DNA from: a bacterium
GTDB taxonomy: Bacteria; UBA8248
DNA: 64,000 nucleotides
Reading direction: 5' to 3'
Assembly (NCBI GenBank): GCA_965261085.1
Contig: OZ253442.1
Span: 96,001-160,000, forward strand
Shown: one piece after another, positions 29,921 to 39,603 of the stretch
Layout of the letters: each line of letters starts with the position of its first letter
Numbering within the stretch: position 1 is the stretch's first letter
Notes under the pieces: generated by a model
Told to the model about the DNA's origin: nothing
The model's input: the letters and a program-made list of their open reading frames with translations, nothing else
The model's database searches: none
Translations under genes and position numbers: made by a program

Positions 29921-31447
29921 ATGAACCCGACGAATCCGTTTCACGCCAGAAAGAGCGGCATCCTGCTCCACCCCACCTCACTGCCGAACGAGGCGCGCTT
30001 CGGTGACCTGGGACCCAGGGCGTTCGAGTTCGTCGATCTGCTCGCATCCTCCGGCCAGAGCTGGTGGCAGATGCTGCCCATATGCCCTGCGGACGAGACG
30101 GGCTCTCCTTACGTGTCCTCATCCACGTTTGCGGGAAACCCCCTGCTGATATCGCTCGATAGGCTGGCCGAAGAAGGCCTGCTCTCTCCGAAAGATTTGG
30201 AGACCCACCGCCCGCCCGCAAAGGAGCAAATCGAGCCAGCACAAGCGCTCCAAGCCCATGAATCGCTGCTTGCAAGGGCTTACGAGGCGTTCTCGAACGA
30301 TGGCGGGGGGCGCGACGCGGAATTTACGGAGTTTTGCGAAGCGCATTCGGGCTGGCTGGCCGATTACGCGAGGTTCGGGGCGCTCAAGCGCGCTTTCGGC
30401 GACTCCCACTGGTGGGAATGGCCCGAGGACGCAGGACACAGGAACCCCGGGGATCCCGTATTCGAAGAAAACATGCGCTACACGCATTTCGAGCAATTCA
30501 TTTTTCACCGCCAATGGAACGCGCTCAAGGATTACGCCGCGCAAAAAGGGGTCGGCTTAATCGGCGACATCCCCATCTACGTCGCCCATGATTCAGCGGA
30601 CGTATGGGCGCTGACGCATCTGTTCGAACTCGATGAATCGCGCCGCCCGAGCGCCTACGCGGGCGCGCCGCCCGATTACTTCAACCACGAGGGCCAGCAC
30701 TGGGGAAATCCCCTGTATGACTGGGCGGCGCACCGGGAAGAGAATTTCGCATGGTGGAAGATGCGCTTATCCGTGAACATCGCCCGGTTCGACGCCTTGC
30801 GCCTCGATCACTTCATCGGCTTCGCGCGCTTCTGGGCGATCCCGGCCGACGCGGAATCGCCCAAGGACGGCGCCTGGCGCGAGGGGCCGGGAGAGGCCTT
30901 CTTCAGCGCCATGGAAGAGGAATTCGGCGCCCTGCCGCTCATCGCCGAGGATCTGGGCGCAGTGGGCGACGACGTCCACGCCCTGCGGGATCGCTTCGGT
31001 CTGGCGAGTATGCGCGTCTTGCAGTTCGCCTTCGACGGCAGCCCGGACAACCCCCATCTCCCCCACAACATCCCCGAGAACGCGGTGGTCTACACCGGAA
31101 CGCACGATAACGACACGGCTCTCGGCTGGTTCCACGGCGCAGACCCGATTCTCCGCAACGAAACGCCCGCCGGCTTCGCCATCTCGCGCGCCATGGCGCT
31201 CAGGACCTTCGGGGGCGAACCGGAAGACATTCACTGGTCGATGATCCGCACGGCGCTCAATTCACGCGCCGCACTCGCCATCATCCCCGCGCAGGACGTC
31301 CTGGGTCTCGGCAACGAAGCCCGCATGAACCGCCCCGGCGTACCCCAGGGCAACTGGGTCTGGCGGATGAAGGCGGGCGCATGGAACGGGGAAATCCAGG
31401 AAAGACTCCGGAACATGACGCAGCGCAGCGGCCGCGCGCCTGAGTGA
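29921..31447 (+). CDS. malQ: 4-alpha-glucanotransferase (amylomaltase, GH77)
   Basis: GILLHPTSLP, GDIPIYV, GQHWGNPLY, RLDHF, IAEDLG, YTGTHDND, RMN.PG. Confidence 0.95.
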   Translation: MNPTNPFHARKSGILLHPTSLPNEARFGDLGPRAFEFVDLLASSGQSWWQMLPICPADETGSPYVSSSTFAGNPLLISLDRLAEEGLLSPKDLETHRPPAKEQIEPAQALQAHESLLARAYEAFSNDGGGRDAEFTEFCEAHSGWLADYARFGALKRAFGDSHWWEWPEDAGHRNPGDPVFEENMRYTHFEQFIFHRQWNALKDYAAQKGVGLIGDIPIYVAHDSADVWALTHLFELDESRRPSAYAGAPPDYFNHEGQHWGNPLYDWAAHREENFAWWKMRLSVNIARFDALRLDHFIGFARFWAIPADAESPKDGAWREGPGEAFFSAMEEEFGALPLIAEDLGAVGDDVHALRDRFGLASMRVLQFAFDGSPDNPHLPHNIPENAVVYTGTHDNDTALGWFHGADPILRNETPAGFAISRAMALRTFGGEPEDIHWSMIRTALNSRAALAIIPAQDVLGLGNEARMNRPGVPQGNWVWRMKAGAWNGEIQERLRNMTQRSGRAPE

Positions 31448-31522
31448 GGATGATCCGGCGCGCTATTTCTTTAATTGCAGGGAAAGGGATTTTTATTGGT
31501 CAAAAAAACGAGCGGGCATAAT

Positions 31523-32062
31523 TCACAAATCCGACAAACTGCTTCTTAATTTAGAGATAAACTCAACGGCTTTCCCAGCCTCACTTGGACTGATATGGGG
31601 TTTTAGTTCGACGATTTTGGTTGCTATTTCACCAGGAGCAATTTCTTTATTATTTTCAGAAACATAGTATGCCGTGGCGTATCTCTCCAAATCCCTCACA
31701 CCCATATAGGCGATTTTCTTCGCGATTTTCTCCACTTCGTCGGCATACCGTTCCATTGGTTTGGGGTATGTTTTCTTCAAGAGTTCCGCATTTTCTCCGG
31801 GTACCAGTTTCGGTCCATACGGCCTTTGCTGAGGCTGCAATTTCAAAAGATCATGCGCCCGCATCCAGGATATTTCATCGCTCAAGTCGAAGGAAAAGGG
31901 GCCATGTTTGTAAAGAATAAAATCGAACTCAAGTGGGACTTCCAGTAAATCTTGCAAAAAATAAGTCCCTTTCTGAACGTGCGTTTCCCCACACCAACTA
32001 TCGCCATCTCTTAGCTTCTCAATCAAAGACAACAAAACGGCAGCTCTCTCGAATCGCTCCAT
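31523..32062 (-). CDS. Small YwgA/Panacea(SocA)-like protein
   Basis: HVQKGTYFLQ...FILYKHGPFSFDL motif; AT-rich; 4 bp downstream of the HD gene. Confidence 0.6.
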   Translation of the reverse strand: MERFERAAVLLSLIEKLRDGDSWCGETHVQKGTYFLQDLLEVPLEFDFILYKHGPFSFDLSDEISWMRAHDLLKLQPQQRPYGPKLVPGENAELLKKTYPKPMERYADEVEKIAKKIAYMGVRDLERYATAYYVSENNKEIAPGEIATKIVELKPHISPSEAGKAVEFISKLRSSLSDL

Positions 32063-32066
32063 GTTT

Positions 32067-33404
32067 TTAACTCCCTTCGACGGATGAAAGGATTCTCTCC
32101 CTATTTTCACTCAGCCAGGCATCGGCCTGATCTCTCATCTCAGGTGAAACGAACACATGATCACAAGATGCCGGTGGAACTCTTGAAAATGTTTCTTTCT
32201 CGCTCGTTGCTTCCGTGATTCTCGCGCCTCGTATGAGAACCGGAAAGTTATTTTCGCTACTCTCCTGAGTTACTTGGACATGTTTCACATTTTCCTTACC
32301 AAATTCCTTGGATACGGCCTCATATGTTTTCTTGCCCGGTTCTAAAAGTTTCCTGTCTTCAGCAGTGGGCCTATAAATGTTTTTGAAATGTCGTCGATGA
32401 ACTATACGGTCAGCATATAAATGGGCGGGATCAGATTTATTTCTGGCTGCGGATAACATGGCGGATATTACTTCATTATCCGTATATTTCAAATGTTCTT
32501 CATAATCTATCGGAAACATTCCCCCATCCAACCAGGATTTCAAAAAATCCGCCAAGTGCTGATCATAAATGAGCCGGACAGGATGAAAATATATTTGCGA
32601 GAACATGAAATACCGCGCGAGCAGTAATGCTTCCGCAGATTCCAAACCACCTTCTTCGACACCCAAAACTGGTTCTTCAGAACCATAAGTTCTTTTTTGA
32701 GAATCATCCATTCCTTCTTTCGGCAATATCCTCATCGTATCAATCAAACGGTAATGATCAAATTTTCCGTAAGCAACGCCCGTGTGATACGAATCCCGCA
32801 ATAAATAATCCATCCTGTCGGCACCGAAAACATCTCCTGTGATAATTTCCGATAAAATACTTTCCCACACATCTAGCTCAACTCCCATATAGGCTTTCGA
32901 TTTCTTAGAGCCAATCGCCAATTTCGCAACATGCTCTGGCTGCACATCAATTTCTTTCCAGATATCCGACATTTCCTCGCTCAAAATTACTTTCATCGTT
33001 ATGCGTTCATGATCCCAACCCTCTGGTAACAATTCTTCTGAAACATGGGAAAATGGAAGATGCCCCAGGTCATGGCACAATGCCGCAAGTCTCAACGTCC
33101 TTTTCCATTTTAGATGCTCTAATTCTCTATATTTTGGAATGATATCCCTAACAGCTTTTGATTCCTGATAAATATTTTCCGGTTCCGTCACGACATCATA
33201 AATCCTGCTGGCGAGCTCCATCACACCAAGCGAATGCTCGAATCTCTTGTGGGTTGCACCTGGATAGACGAGATAGGTTAGGGCCAGTTGGTGAATATGG
33301 CGCAATCGCTGAAAGGGAGGCGAATCAAGAATTTTCCTCTCATCAGAATCCAGTCTGATGAACACATGGATGGGATCTCGTATTTCGTGAATATTTTTTG
33401 CCAT
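32067..33404 (-). CDS. HD-domain phosphohydrolase, SAMHD1/YwfO-like dNTP triphosphohydrolase
   Basis: DPIH, FQRLR.I.QL, H.RFEHSLG, HDLGH.PFSH, ADRMDYLLRD, YFHP; AT-rich. Confidence 0.88.
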   Translation of the reverse strand: MAKNIHEIRDPIHVFIRLDSDERKILDSPPFQRLRHIHQLALTYLVYPGATHKRFEHSLGVMELASRIYDVVTEPENIYQESKAVRDIIPKYRELEHLKWKRTLRLAALCHDLGHLPFSHVSEELLPEGWDHERITMKVILSEEMSDIWKEIDVQPEHVAKLAIGSKKSKAYMGVELDVWESILSEIITGDVFGADRMDYLLRDSYHTGVAYGKFDHYRLIDTMRILPKEGMDDSQKRTYGSEEPVLGVEEGGLESAEALLLARYFMFSQIYFHPVRLIYDQHLADFLKSWLDGGMFPIDYEEHLKYTDNEVISAMLSAARNKSDPAHLYADRIVHRRHFKNIYRPTAEDRKLLEPGKKTYEAVSKEFGKENVKHVQVTQESSENNFPVLIRGARITEATSEKETFSRVPPASCDHVFVSPEMRDQADAWLSENRERILSSVEGS

Positions 33405-33549
33405 GGGAAAAGAATACCATACTTTCGTTTTATTGTCGCTAACTAATTCACGAGATTCATATTAGGTTTGTCACCCAAGAAAGAGCTTAGATAGCAAAAT
33501 GAGTAAAACCATCATATATTCCGCTCACACAAAATCAAACCTTTCCCCC

Positions 33550-34077
33550 TCACGTCACGGGCGGTATCTCGAAGGCGTTCAGGGTCAAGGAGATGGCCGA
33601 ATAAAAGCCCACGAGGGCGGTGAGGTCGACCACGCCCTTCTCCCCGAGCAGAGAAAACGCCTCCTGGTAGAGGGCTTCGGACACCTTTCGAGTTTCGAGC
33701 AATTCGGCGCAATACCTGTGAACGCAAAGCTCGAGGGGGGTGCCCTCGGTGGGCGTTTCCTGCGCCATCACGGCGGCCACGAGAGCGGGCGTCAGACCGC
33801 TGGCGAGAGCCTGCGCCTCGTGGGCGGCGTAGGCGTAGGTCGCCCCCCAGTGGCGCGTGGTGATGATAATGGTGAGTTCGCGGATGTCTTCGGTGATGAC
33901 GCTTTCTTCTAAATAAAACTTCATCAGCCCGCGCTGGGCGATGACGAGGCCCGGGCTGCGTACCCAGACGCCGAAAGGCCCGCGCACGCCGCCGCGCTGG
34001 TGGGCGATGAGAGCCTCATACGCATCTCGTTGACGGGGCGGCATGTTTTCCGGTGCAAGCGGTGCAAGACGGCTCAT
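33550..34077 (-). CDS. Carboxymuconolactone decarboxylase (AhpD-like) family protein
   Basis: GPF.VW.RSP, RELTI, AH...A...G, LGEKGVVDL.ALVGFY. Confidence 0.8.
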   Translation of the reverse strand: MSRLAPLAPENMPPRQRDAYEALIAHQRGGVRGPFGVWVRSPGLVIAQRGLMKFYLEESVITEDIRELTIIITTRHWGATYAYAAHEAQALASGLTPALVAAVMAQETPTEGTPLELCVHRYCAELLETRKVSEALYQEAFSLLGEKGVVDLTALVGFYSAISLTLNAFEIPPVT

Positions 34078-34165
34078 CGGCAACTCTCCTTATGGCGTTG
34101 TTCATCCAGAAATTTTGCTACAATGGCGAAAACATCCTTTTCTCTCATTCCTAGCGAGGTATCTC

Positions 34166-34591
34166 ATGAACTTCGAAGATGCAAGGCCGTTTATGGAGAA
34201 AAGCCACAAGGGCATGGTCACAACCTTAAGGCCGGACGGCTCGGCGCAATCGAGCATCATCGTGTGCGGAGCCTATGAGGATTGCGCCGCGTTCGTCATC
34301 GTGCGCGGCCGGTCGGTGAAGCTCAAGAACCTGCGCGCGAACCCGCAGTGCACGGTGCTCTACGTCACCCCCGACTGGCGCACTTGGGTGAGCGTGGAGG
34401 GCAAGGCCAGACTGTTCGACTACGAGAATACCGAAAAAGAGCAAATGCGCGTGATGTTCCGCGAGGTGTTTCGCGCCTGCGGGGATTCGGACCATTCCGA
34501 TTGGGAAGAATACGACCAGGCGATGGTGGATCAGGGCGCGGTCGCCGTGCTGGTCACGCCCGAGCGCGTCTACGGGCGTCTGCCGGCTTAA
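34166..34591 (+). CDS. PPOX-class (pyridoxamine 5'-phosphate oxidase-like, possibly F420-binding) protein
   Basis: TLRPDGS.Q.S, KLKNLRANP, WVSVEG. Confidence 0.8.
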   Translation: MNFEDARPFMEKSHKGMVTTLRPDGSAQSSIIVCGAYEDCAAFVIVRGRSVKLKNLRANPQCTVLYVTPDWRTWVSVEGKARLFDYENTEKEQMRVMFREVFRACGDSDHSDWEEYDQAMVDQGAVAVLVTPERVYGRLPA

Positions 34592-35517
34592 TTTTCGAGC
34601 GATCCCACAAAAGCGGCGATTCCCTCATCAAGTGTGTAGCGGGGCCGCCAGCCGGTTTTTTGCTCGAACGCGCGCGCGTCGAGACCGATTCTGAACACCT
34701 CGCCCGCGCGCAGTGGGGCGCGCTCAACGCTTACGGGTTTTTTACCCAAGTGACGGCAGAGGACTTCCAGCAGCGTCTCCACTTCGGTGACGACGCCGGT
34801 GCCGATGTTATAGACCCCGCCGTCCACACCACCCTTCCCCGCCGTCATGAAAGCCGCGACCACGTCTCTCACGTAGACGTAATCCCGCCCCGCGCGTCCG
34901 TGCCCGTAGAGAGTAAGGGGCTCACCCCTGATGAGTTTTTCCGCGAAAATCGATATCACGCCCGCATCCAGGTCCGCGCGCTGCCTCGGCCCGTATACGT
35001 TGGCGAGGCGCAGCGATACGGCGCGCAGCCCGAAATGCTCCCCGTAGAAAGTGAGATACCGCTCGCCCGTCACCTTGCTCATCCCGTAGTGGGAAGCGGG
35101 GGCGAGCGGACAGCCCTCGTCCACAATCTCTTCTTCGGGGTCGCCGTAGCACGCCCCGCCCGTGGCGGCGTAGACGACTCTCGGCTGCGTATCGACGCTT
35201 CTGGCCGCTTCCAGGACGCTGAGCGTGCCCATGACGTTCACGCGCGCGTCGCGTGAGGGATCGGCCAGGCTGTGCGTCACGCTCGCCTGGGCCGCCAGAT
35301 GGTGGATGACCGCCGGGCGAATCTCTCTCACCAGACGGCGCATGAACCCCGCATCGGCCACGTCGCCCTCTTGAAATACGACTCCCGGGGGGAGGTTCGC
35401 TGCTTCGCCGGAAGCGAGATTATCCACCACCCAGACGGAATCGCCCGCTTCCAAACAGGCCTCCGCTACATGGGAGCCGACGAACCCGGCCCCTCCCGTC
35501 ACCAACACGTTCGCCAT
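34588..35517 (-). CDS. NAD-dependent epimerase/dehydratase (UDP-glucose 4-epimerase-like)
   Basis: TGGAGFVGSH, HLAAQ, YGMSK, NVYGPRQ, RDYVYV. Confidence 0.9.
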   Translation of the reverse strand: MANVLVTGGAGFVGSHVAEACLEAGDSVWVVDNLASGEAANLPPGVVFQEGDVADAGFMRRLVREIRPAVIHHLAAQASVTHSLADPSRDARVNVMGTLSVLEAARSVDTQPRVVYAATGGACYGDPEEEIVDEGCPLAPASHYGMSKVTGERYLTFYGEHFGLRAVSLRLANVYGPRQRADLDAGVISIFAEKLIRGEPLTLYGHGRAGRDYVYVRDVVAAFMTAGKGGVDGGVYNIGTGVVTEVETLLEVLCRHLGKKPVSVERAPLRAGEVFRIGLDARAFEQKTGWRPRYTLDEGIAAFVGSLEN

Positions 35518-35673
35518 GTGAAATCCCAACCCATGTCATATCAAAATACGGTATACCAGTATGAAACCAACCATTGCGGATCGCGGCGTGAATTTCAACC
35601 ACAAACCCCACTTTGCCGGAATGACGGATATCTTCGATTCAGGGATTGCCCTGCGATCCGCCTTCCAGAATCG

Positions 35674-36145
35674 CTCCCCCCTTGAGGGTCATTTCCGACT
35701 AATGCAAGAGGGAATGTCGTAGAAGCCGAGCGTTTTGTGCGAAGGCTGATGCGGTGGGGGGTCAACTCGACCGATGAGGGGCTGTTGAAAAAGCCTTTGT
35801 CAAGGGAGCAACCCCCCTGTCCCCCCTTGTCAGGGGGGTAAAGGCGATGCCCCCCGACGAGGGGGTGGAAGAAAAGCCCCCCTGACAAGGGGGGACAGGG
35901 GGGTTGCTTTTACCAGTCGAAAGGGGTGTCCCCTCTACTCTCTAAAAAGGGGTCTTTTTCAACAACCCCATGAGAGAGGGTTTGCTGCGGATGAGAAACT
36001 AATCGGTACGCAATTCCTAGCTTCTCGCTCGAAAGAATTCCTCCTTCTTCAGTCGGAATTCACCCCCCACCGGCGCGACCTCAGGCTTCGCCCTCGTCTT
36101 GCCGACGGACTTTCCCCTCGGAAAGCCCGACCCTCAAGGGGGGAG
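35674..36145. repeat. Pair of inverted REP-like palindromic elements flanking a MITE
   Basis: Perfect 17-bp inverted repeat CTCCCCCCTTGAGGGTC (35674-35690) / GACCCTCAAGGGGGGAG (36129-36145); also CGGTGGGGGGT (~35752) / ACCCCCCACCG (~36062). Confidence 0.7.
35778..35969. mobile_element. MITE (192 bp) with 16-bp terminal inverted repeats, ATGA target-site duplication and an internal 32-bp hairpin
   Basis: ATGA|GGGGCTGTTGAAAAAG...CTTTTTCAACAACCCC|ATGA (15/16 match); internal perfect inverted repeat at 35807-35838 / 35877-35908. Confidence 0.8.
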
Positions 36146-36261
36146 TAATTCCAAACAAGAGGAAAACCCGCAGTCGCACCGGTCGTTTTGCCTGAACCAC
36201 CCGCTCCTGATAGCCTTGGCACCGGTTCCTGCGCAAACAGGCATATTGGGAGAAAACCGGA

Positions 36262-37257
36262 TTGGCCAGATACCTCGTCACGGGCGCTGCGGGCTTCATC
36301 GCCTCGAGAGTTTGTGAATTTCTGATGGATGGAGGCCACGCCGTCGTCGGCCTGGACGACATGAACGACGCCTACGACACCCGGCTGAAAGACTACCGGC
36401 TCGCGCGCCTGAAAGCGCAGCCCGGCTTTGTTTTTCACCAAATGGATATCGCCCGTCTCGACTCCTTGCGCGCGTTGTTCGCGGAAAACGCCAGCGGCGG
36501 CGCGCCGCCTTTCGACGCCGTGCTGAACCTGGCCGCGCGCGCAGGGGTGCGGCAATCCATCGAGAACCCCTGGGCGTATTTCGAAACCAACGTCACCGGT
36601 GCGCTGAACCTCCTCGAATTGTGCAAGGATTTCGGCGTCATGAAGTTCGTGCTCTCCTCCACCTCGAGCGCCTATGGAGCGGGGGCGCCCATGCCGTTTC
36701 GAGAGGACGCCCCGAGCGACAGGCCGCTTTCCCCCTATGCGGCTTCCAAAATAGCGGCCGAAGCGCTCTGCCACACCTATCACCATCTGTTCTGGATCGA
36801 CGTGACGGTGCTGCGCTATTTCACCGTCTACGGCCCGGCCGGGCGGCCCGACATGAGCCTTTTCCGCTTCACGCAGTGGATAGCCGAGGGAAAGCCCGTT
36901 CTCGTCTATGGCGACGGAACGCAAGCGCGCGATTTCACATATGTGGACGACATCGCCCGGGGCACGATTGCGGCCTTAAAGCCGGTTTCTTATGAAATCA
37001 TCAACTTGGGATCGGATGAGCCCGTCGTCTTGAACGAGGCGATCACCCGCATCGAAGCCCTGGTGGAGAAAAAAGCCCACATCCGCCATGAGGAGAGCAA
37101 CCCCGCCGACGTCAAGGCCACGTGGGCGAACATCGAGAAGGCGGAGAGGCTGCTGGGCTGGCGGCCCCGGGTGAGGCTCCGAGAGGGCCTCGCGCATCTG
37201 GTGGAGTGGTACACCGCCAACCGCGAATGGGCGAAAGAGGTCCGAACCGACGAGTGA
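36262..37257 (+). CDS. NAD-dependent epimerase (UDP-glucuronate 4-epimerase-like)
   Basis: TGAAGFI, LAARAGVR.S, SPYAASK, FTVYGPAGRPDM, RDFTYVDD. Confidence 0.9.
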   Translation: MARYLVTGAAGFIASRVCEFLMDGGHAVVGLDDMNDAYDTRLKDYRLARLKAQPGFVFHQMDIARLDSLRALFAENASGGAPPFDAVLNLAARAGVRQSIENPWAYFETNVTGALNLLELCKDFGVMKFVLSSTSSAYGAGAPMPFREDAPSDRPLSPYAASKIAAEALCHTYHHLFWIDVTVLRYFTVYGPAGRPDMSLFRFTQWIAEGKPVLVYGDGTQARDFTYVDDIARGTIAALKPVSYEIINLGSDEPVVLNEAITRIEALVEKKAHIRHEESNPADVKATWANIEKAERLLGWRPRVRLREGLAHLVEWYTANREWAKEVRTDE

Positions 37258-37361
37258 AACCCGGGCGCTTCGGCGCTTTCTTTTGCGCCACGCGTTACCG
37301 CTTAGGAGCTTGATGCACTAAATTGGCCGGAAAACTTCACCCACTACCGGCAGGAGATGAT

Positions 37362-38396
37362 ATGAAAGCGATGGTATTGGCGGAACCGGGCGCGCCCTTT
37401 GTACTGGAGGAGCGGCCCATCCCCGTAGCGGGACCCGGCGAGGCCGTGGCGCGCGTGCTGGCCTGCGGCGCGGGCCTTACTATTGAACACACCCGGGCGG
37501 GCCGCATGGGCGGAAATTTTCCGCTCGTGATAGGCCACGAAATCACGGGCGAGATCACCCAAGTGGGCGCGGGCGTGGAGGGGCTCAGGGAAGGCGCGCC
37601 CGTGACGGCGTATTACTATTTCACCTGCGGGCGCTGCCGCTGGTGCCGCATCAACCGCGAGACCTTGTGCGAGAATCTCGCCGGCCAGGTCGGCCGCCAG
37701 ATGGACGGCGGCTACGCCGAGTACATCAAGCTGCCCGCCCGGAATTTCATCCCCCTGCCCGAGGAGCTGGACTACAAGGCGCATCCCGCCGAGGTCGGCG
37801 TCATCTCGGACGCCATAGCCACGCCGTACAAGGTGATCGGCCACGCGGGAATTCGCCCGATGGAGAACGTGGCCGTGGTGGGCGCGGGCGGCGGCGTGGG
37901 AATCCACATGGTGATGATGGCGCGCTGGGCGGGCGCGCGCGTCATCGCCGTCGATATCGCGGCCGAAAAACTGGGCAAATGCCGCGACATGGGCGCGCAC
38001 GAGACGGTGGATGCGTCTCAGGAAAACCTGGGCGAGGCGCTGCGGGATTTGACCGGGGGGGCGGGCGTGGACGTCGTCGTCGATTTCGTCTGCACCGCAG
38101 AGGGTGTCGAGGGCGGGTTGCGCGGACTGGGCAAGGGGGGCCGCTTCCTCGCCATGGGCGCCAACCGGATAGAGCGCTTCCCCTTTTCTCCCCGGGAGTT
38201 GCTTCGCGAGGAACAGCAGATCATGGGCAGCCGCTACGCCACCAAGCAGGAGGTCATCGACTCGCTCGAACTCGTGGCGCGCGGCGAGGCCTGGCCGCTG
38301 GTGAGCGAAACCTACCCGCTCGAAGAAGCCAACCTCGTACATGAACGCTTGAAAGAGGGCCGCGTCACCGGACGCGCCGCTCTGGTGATGTCTTAG
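37362..38396 (+). CDS. Zinc-binding alcohol dehydrogenase (MDR) family protein
   Basis: GHE, CGRCRWC.......C structural zinc site, GAGGGVG. Confidence 0.88.
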   Translation: MKAMVLAEPGAPFVLEERPIPVAGPGEAVARVLACGAGLTIEHTRAGRMGGNFPLVIGHEITGEITQVGAGVEGLREGAPVTAYYYFTCGRCRWCRINRETLCENLAGQVGRQMDGGYAEYIKLPARNFIPLPEELDYKAHPAEVGVISDAIATPYKVIGHAGIRPMENVAVVGAGGGVGIHMVMMARWAGARVIAVDIAAEKLGKCRDMGAHETVDASQENLGEALRDLTGGAGVDVVVDFVCTAEGVEGGLRGLGKGGRFLAMGANRIERFPFSPRELLREEQQIMGSRYATKQEVIDSLELVARGEAWPLVSETYPLEEANLVHERLKEGRVTGRAALVMS

Positions 38397-38503
38397 ACCC
38401 AAGAGACGCTTTCAGGTGGTCGGGGAAACGCACCCTGTGAGAGAGAAGCGGCGAAGGGCGACACCGGCTCGGCACGAGAAAGGCGACGGCGTCACAGAAC
38501 GAT

Positions 38504-39526
38504 TCATTTTATCTTCTGGTAAATACCAGCGCCAACCACGAAAAGTTGATCTCTGTCCGGCAAGGTAAAGCCTATGGCGTAGCTTTGTTTGGGCGAACCG
38601 GCGGCTTCGTCTCCTTTCACAGCCGGATTGTCCCAATAATAATCGACGAAGCCGCCTCCCGCTTTCGCCGCACCGATCAAACCTCTAATGAATTTGAATC
38701 CATTTATGTCTTTATAACCAAGCACGGTTTTACCCTCTTCGGATTGAGTACCCCCGTGAAAAAGCACGAAACCCTCATCGCTTATCACGAAGACATACAT
38801 GGAGCCGGACTTCCAATGCCCTCCCTCTACCCTGAATGCATTCTTCACGTGTGCGAGATTGGAGTAGTCTTTGCTGAGCAGGGCCTTGCGAAAAGTCAGG
38901 AGCGCTTCTCGCACGAATATCTTCAACGTTTCTTTACTCTTCACTTCACTGGCCGTTATCTTGGGACGCTCCATCTTGGGGATTTTGGTAACTACATTCG
39001 ATACATCCTGATAATAGCCACCGACCAGGATGAGGTTTTTGCCCGACAAGCCTGAAACATATCCGACGGCGTAGCTCAACTTGGGATTGGCATCCCCTTC
39101 CACCGAGGGATCGTCCCAATGATAATCGACAAAGTCGCCACCCCTGGCAGCCGCGGCGAGGAGTTCTTCCACCACTTTCTTTCCTTTGCCGTCTTCGACG
39201 TCAATCAGGTTTTTGTTCTCTATTTTGGCATCACCTCCGTGGAGGAGGACCGCGCCGCTTTTGAGTAGAATAGAGAGGAACATGGAGCCAGACTTCCACT
39301 CCCCCTCGGCCCTGAAGATATCACGGAGTTTTGCAGTCTCGGTAAGAGTGCGAATCCCCTCCAGAAACTTTTTCCCCCGGAGGACAAAGGCCTTCAGGGT
39401 TTTCCGATCCACGACCTCACCGGCTGATATCTTCCGGCCCTGAGCTACGGCGGGGCGCACGTCACAGAAAACACCGAGTAGCCCCAAGATACCGACCAAA
39501 GATATCACCAACACCATTCGCTTCAT
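38504..39526 (-). CDS. Secreted protein with two tandem single-Cache (Cache_2-like) domains
   Basis: Signal peptide; two repeats of WKSGSM...HGG...D..G...L..AA..GG.FVDY.WD.P...K.SYA...G.YQ; no second TM helix or output domain. Confidence 0.75.
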   Translation of the reverse strand: MKRMVLVISLVGILGLLGVFCDVRPAVAQGRKISAGEVVDRKTLKAFVLRGKKFLEGIRTLTETAKLRDIFRAEGEWKSGSMFLSILLKSGAVLLHGGDAKIENKNLIDVEDGKGKKVVEELLAAAARGGDFVDYHWDDPSVEGDANPKLSYAVGYVSGLSGKNLILVGGYYQDVSNVVTKIPKMERPKITASEVKSKETLKIFVREALLTFRKALLSKDYSNLAHVKNAFRVEGGHWKSGSMYVFVISDEGFVLFHGGTQSEEGKTVLGYKDINGFKFIRGLIGAAKAGGGFVDYYWDNPAVKGDEAAGSPKQSYAIGFTLPDRDQLFVVGAGIYQKIK

Positions 39527-39603
39527 GATAACTCCCTTACTCCGTAAGTTGATGGCATGTATCCACCGCAACGGTCATAGCAGAAACGTCCGGAGGAGAC
39601 CTC

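Noticed and set aside
34588-37257. Polysaccharide biosynthesis cluster suggested by two epimerases
   Set aside because: No glycosyltransferase, flippase or polymerase genes are adjacent.
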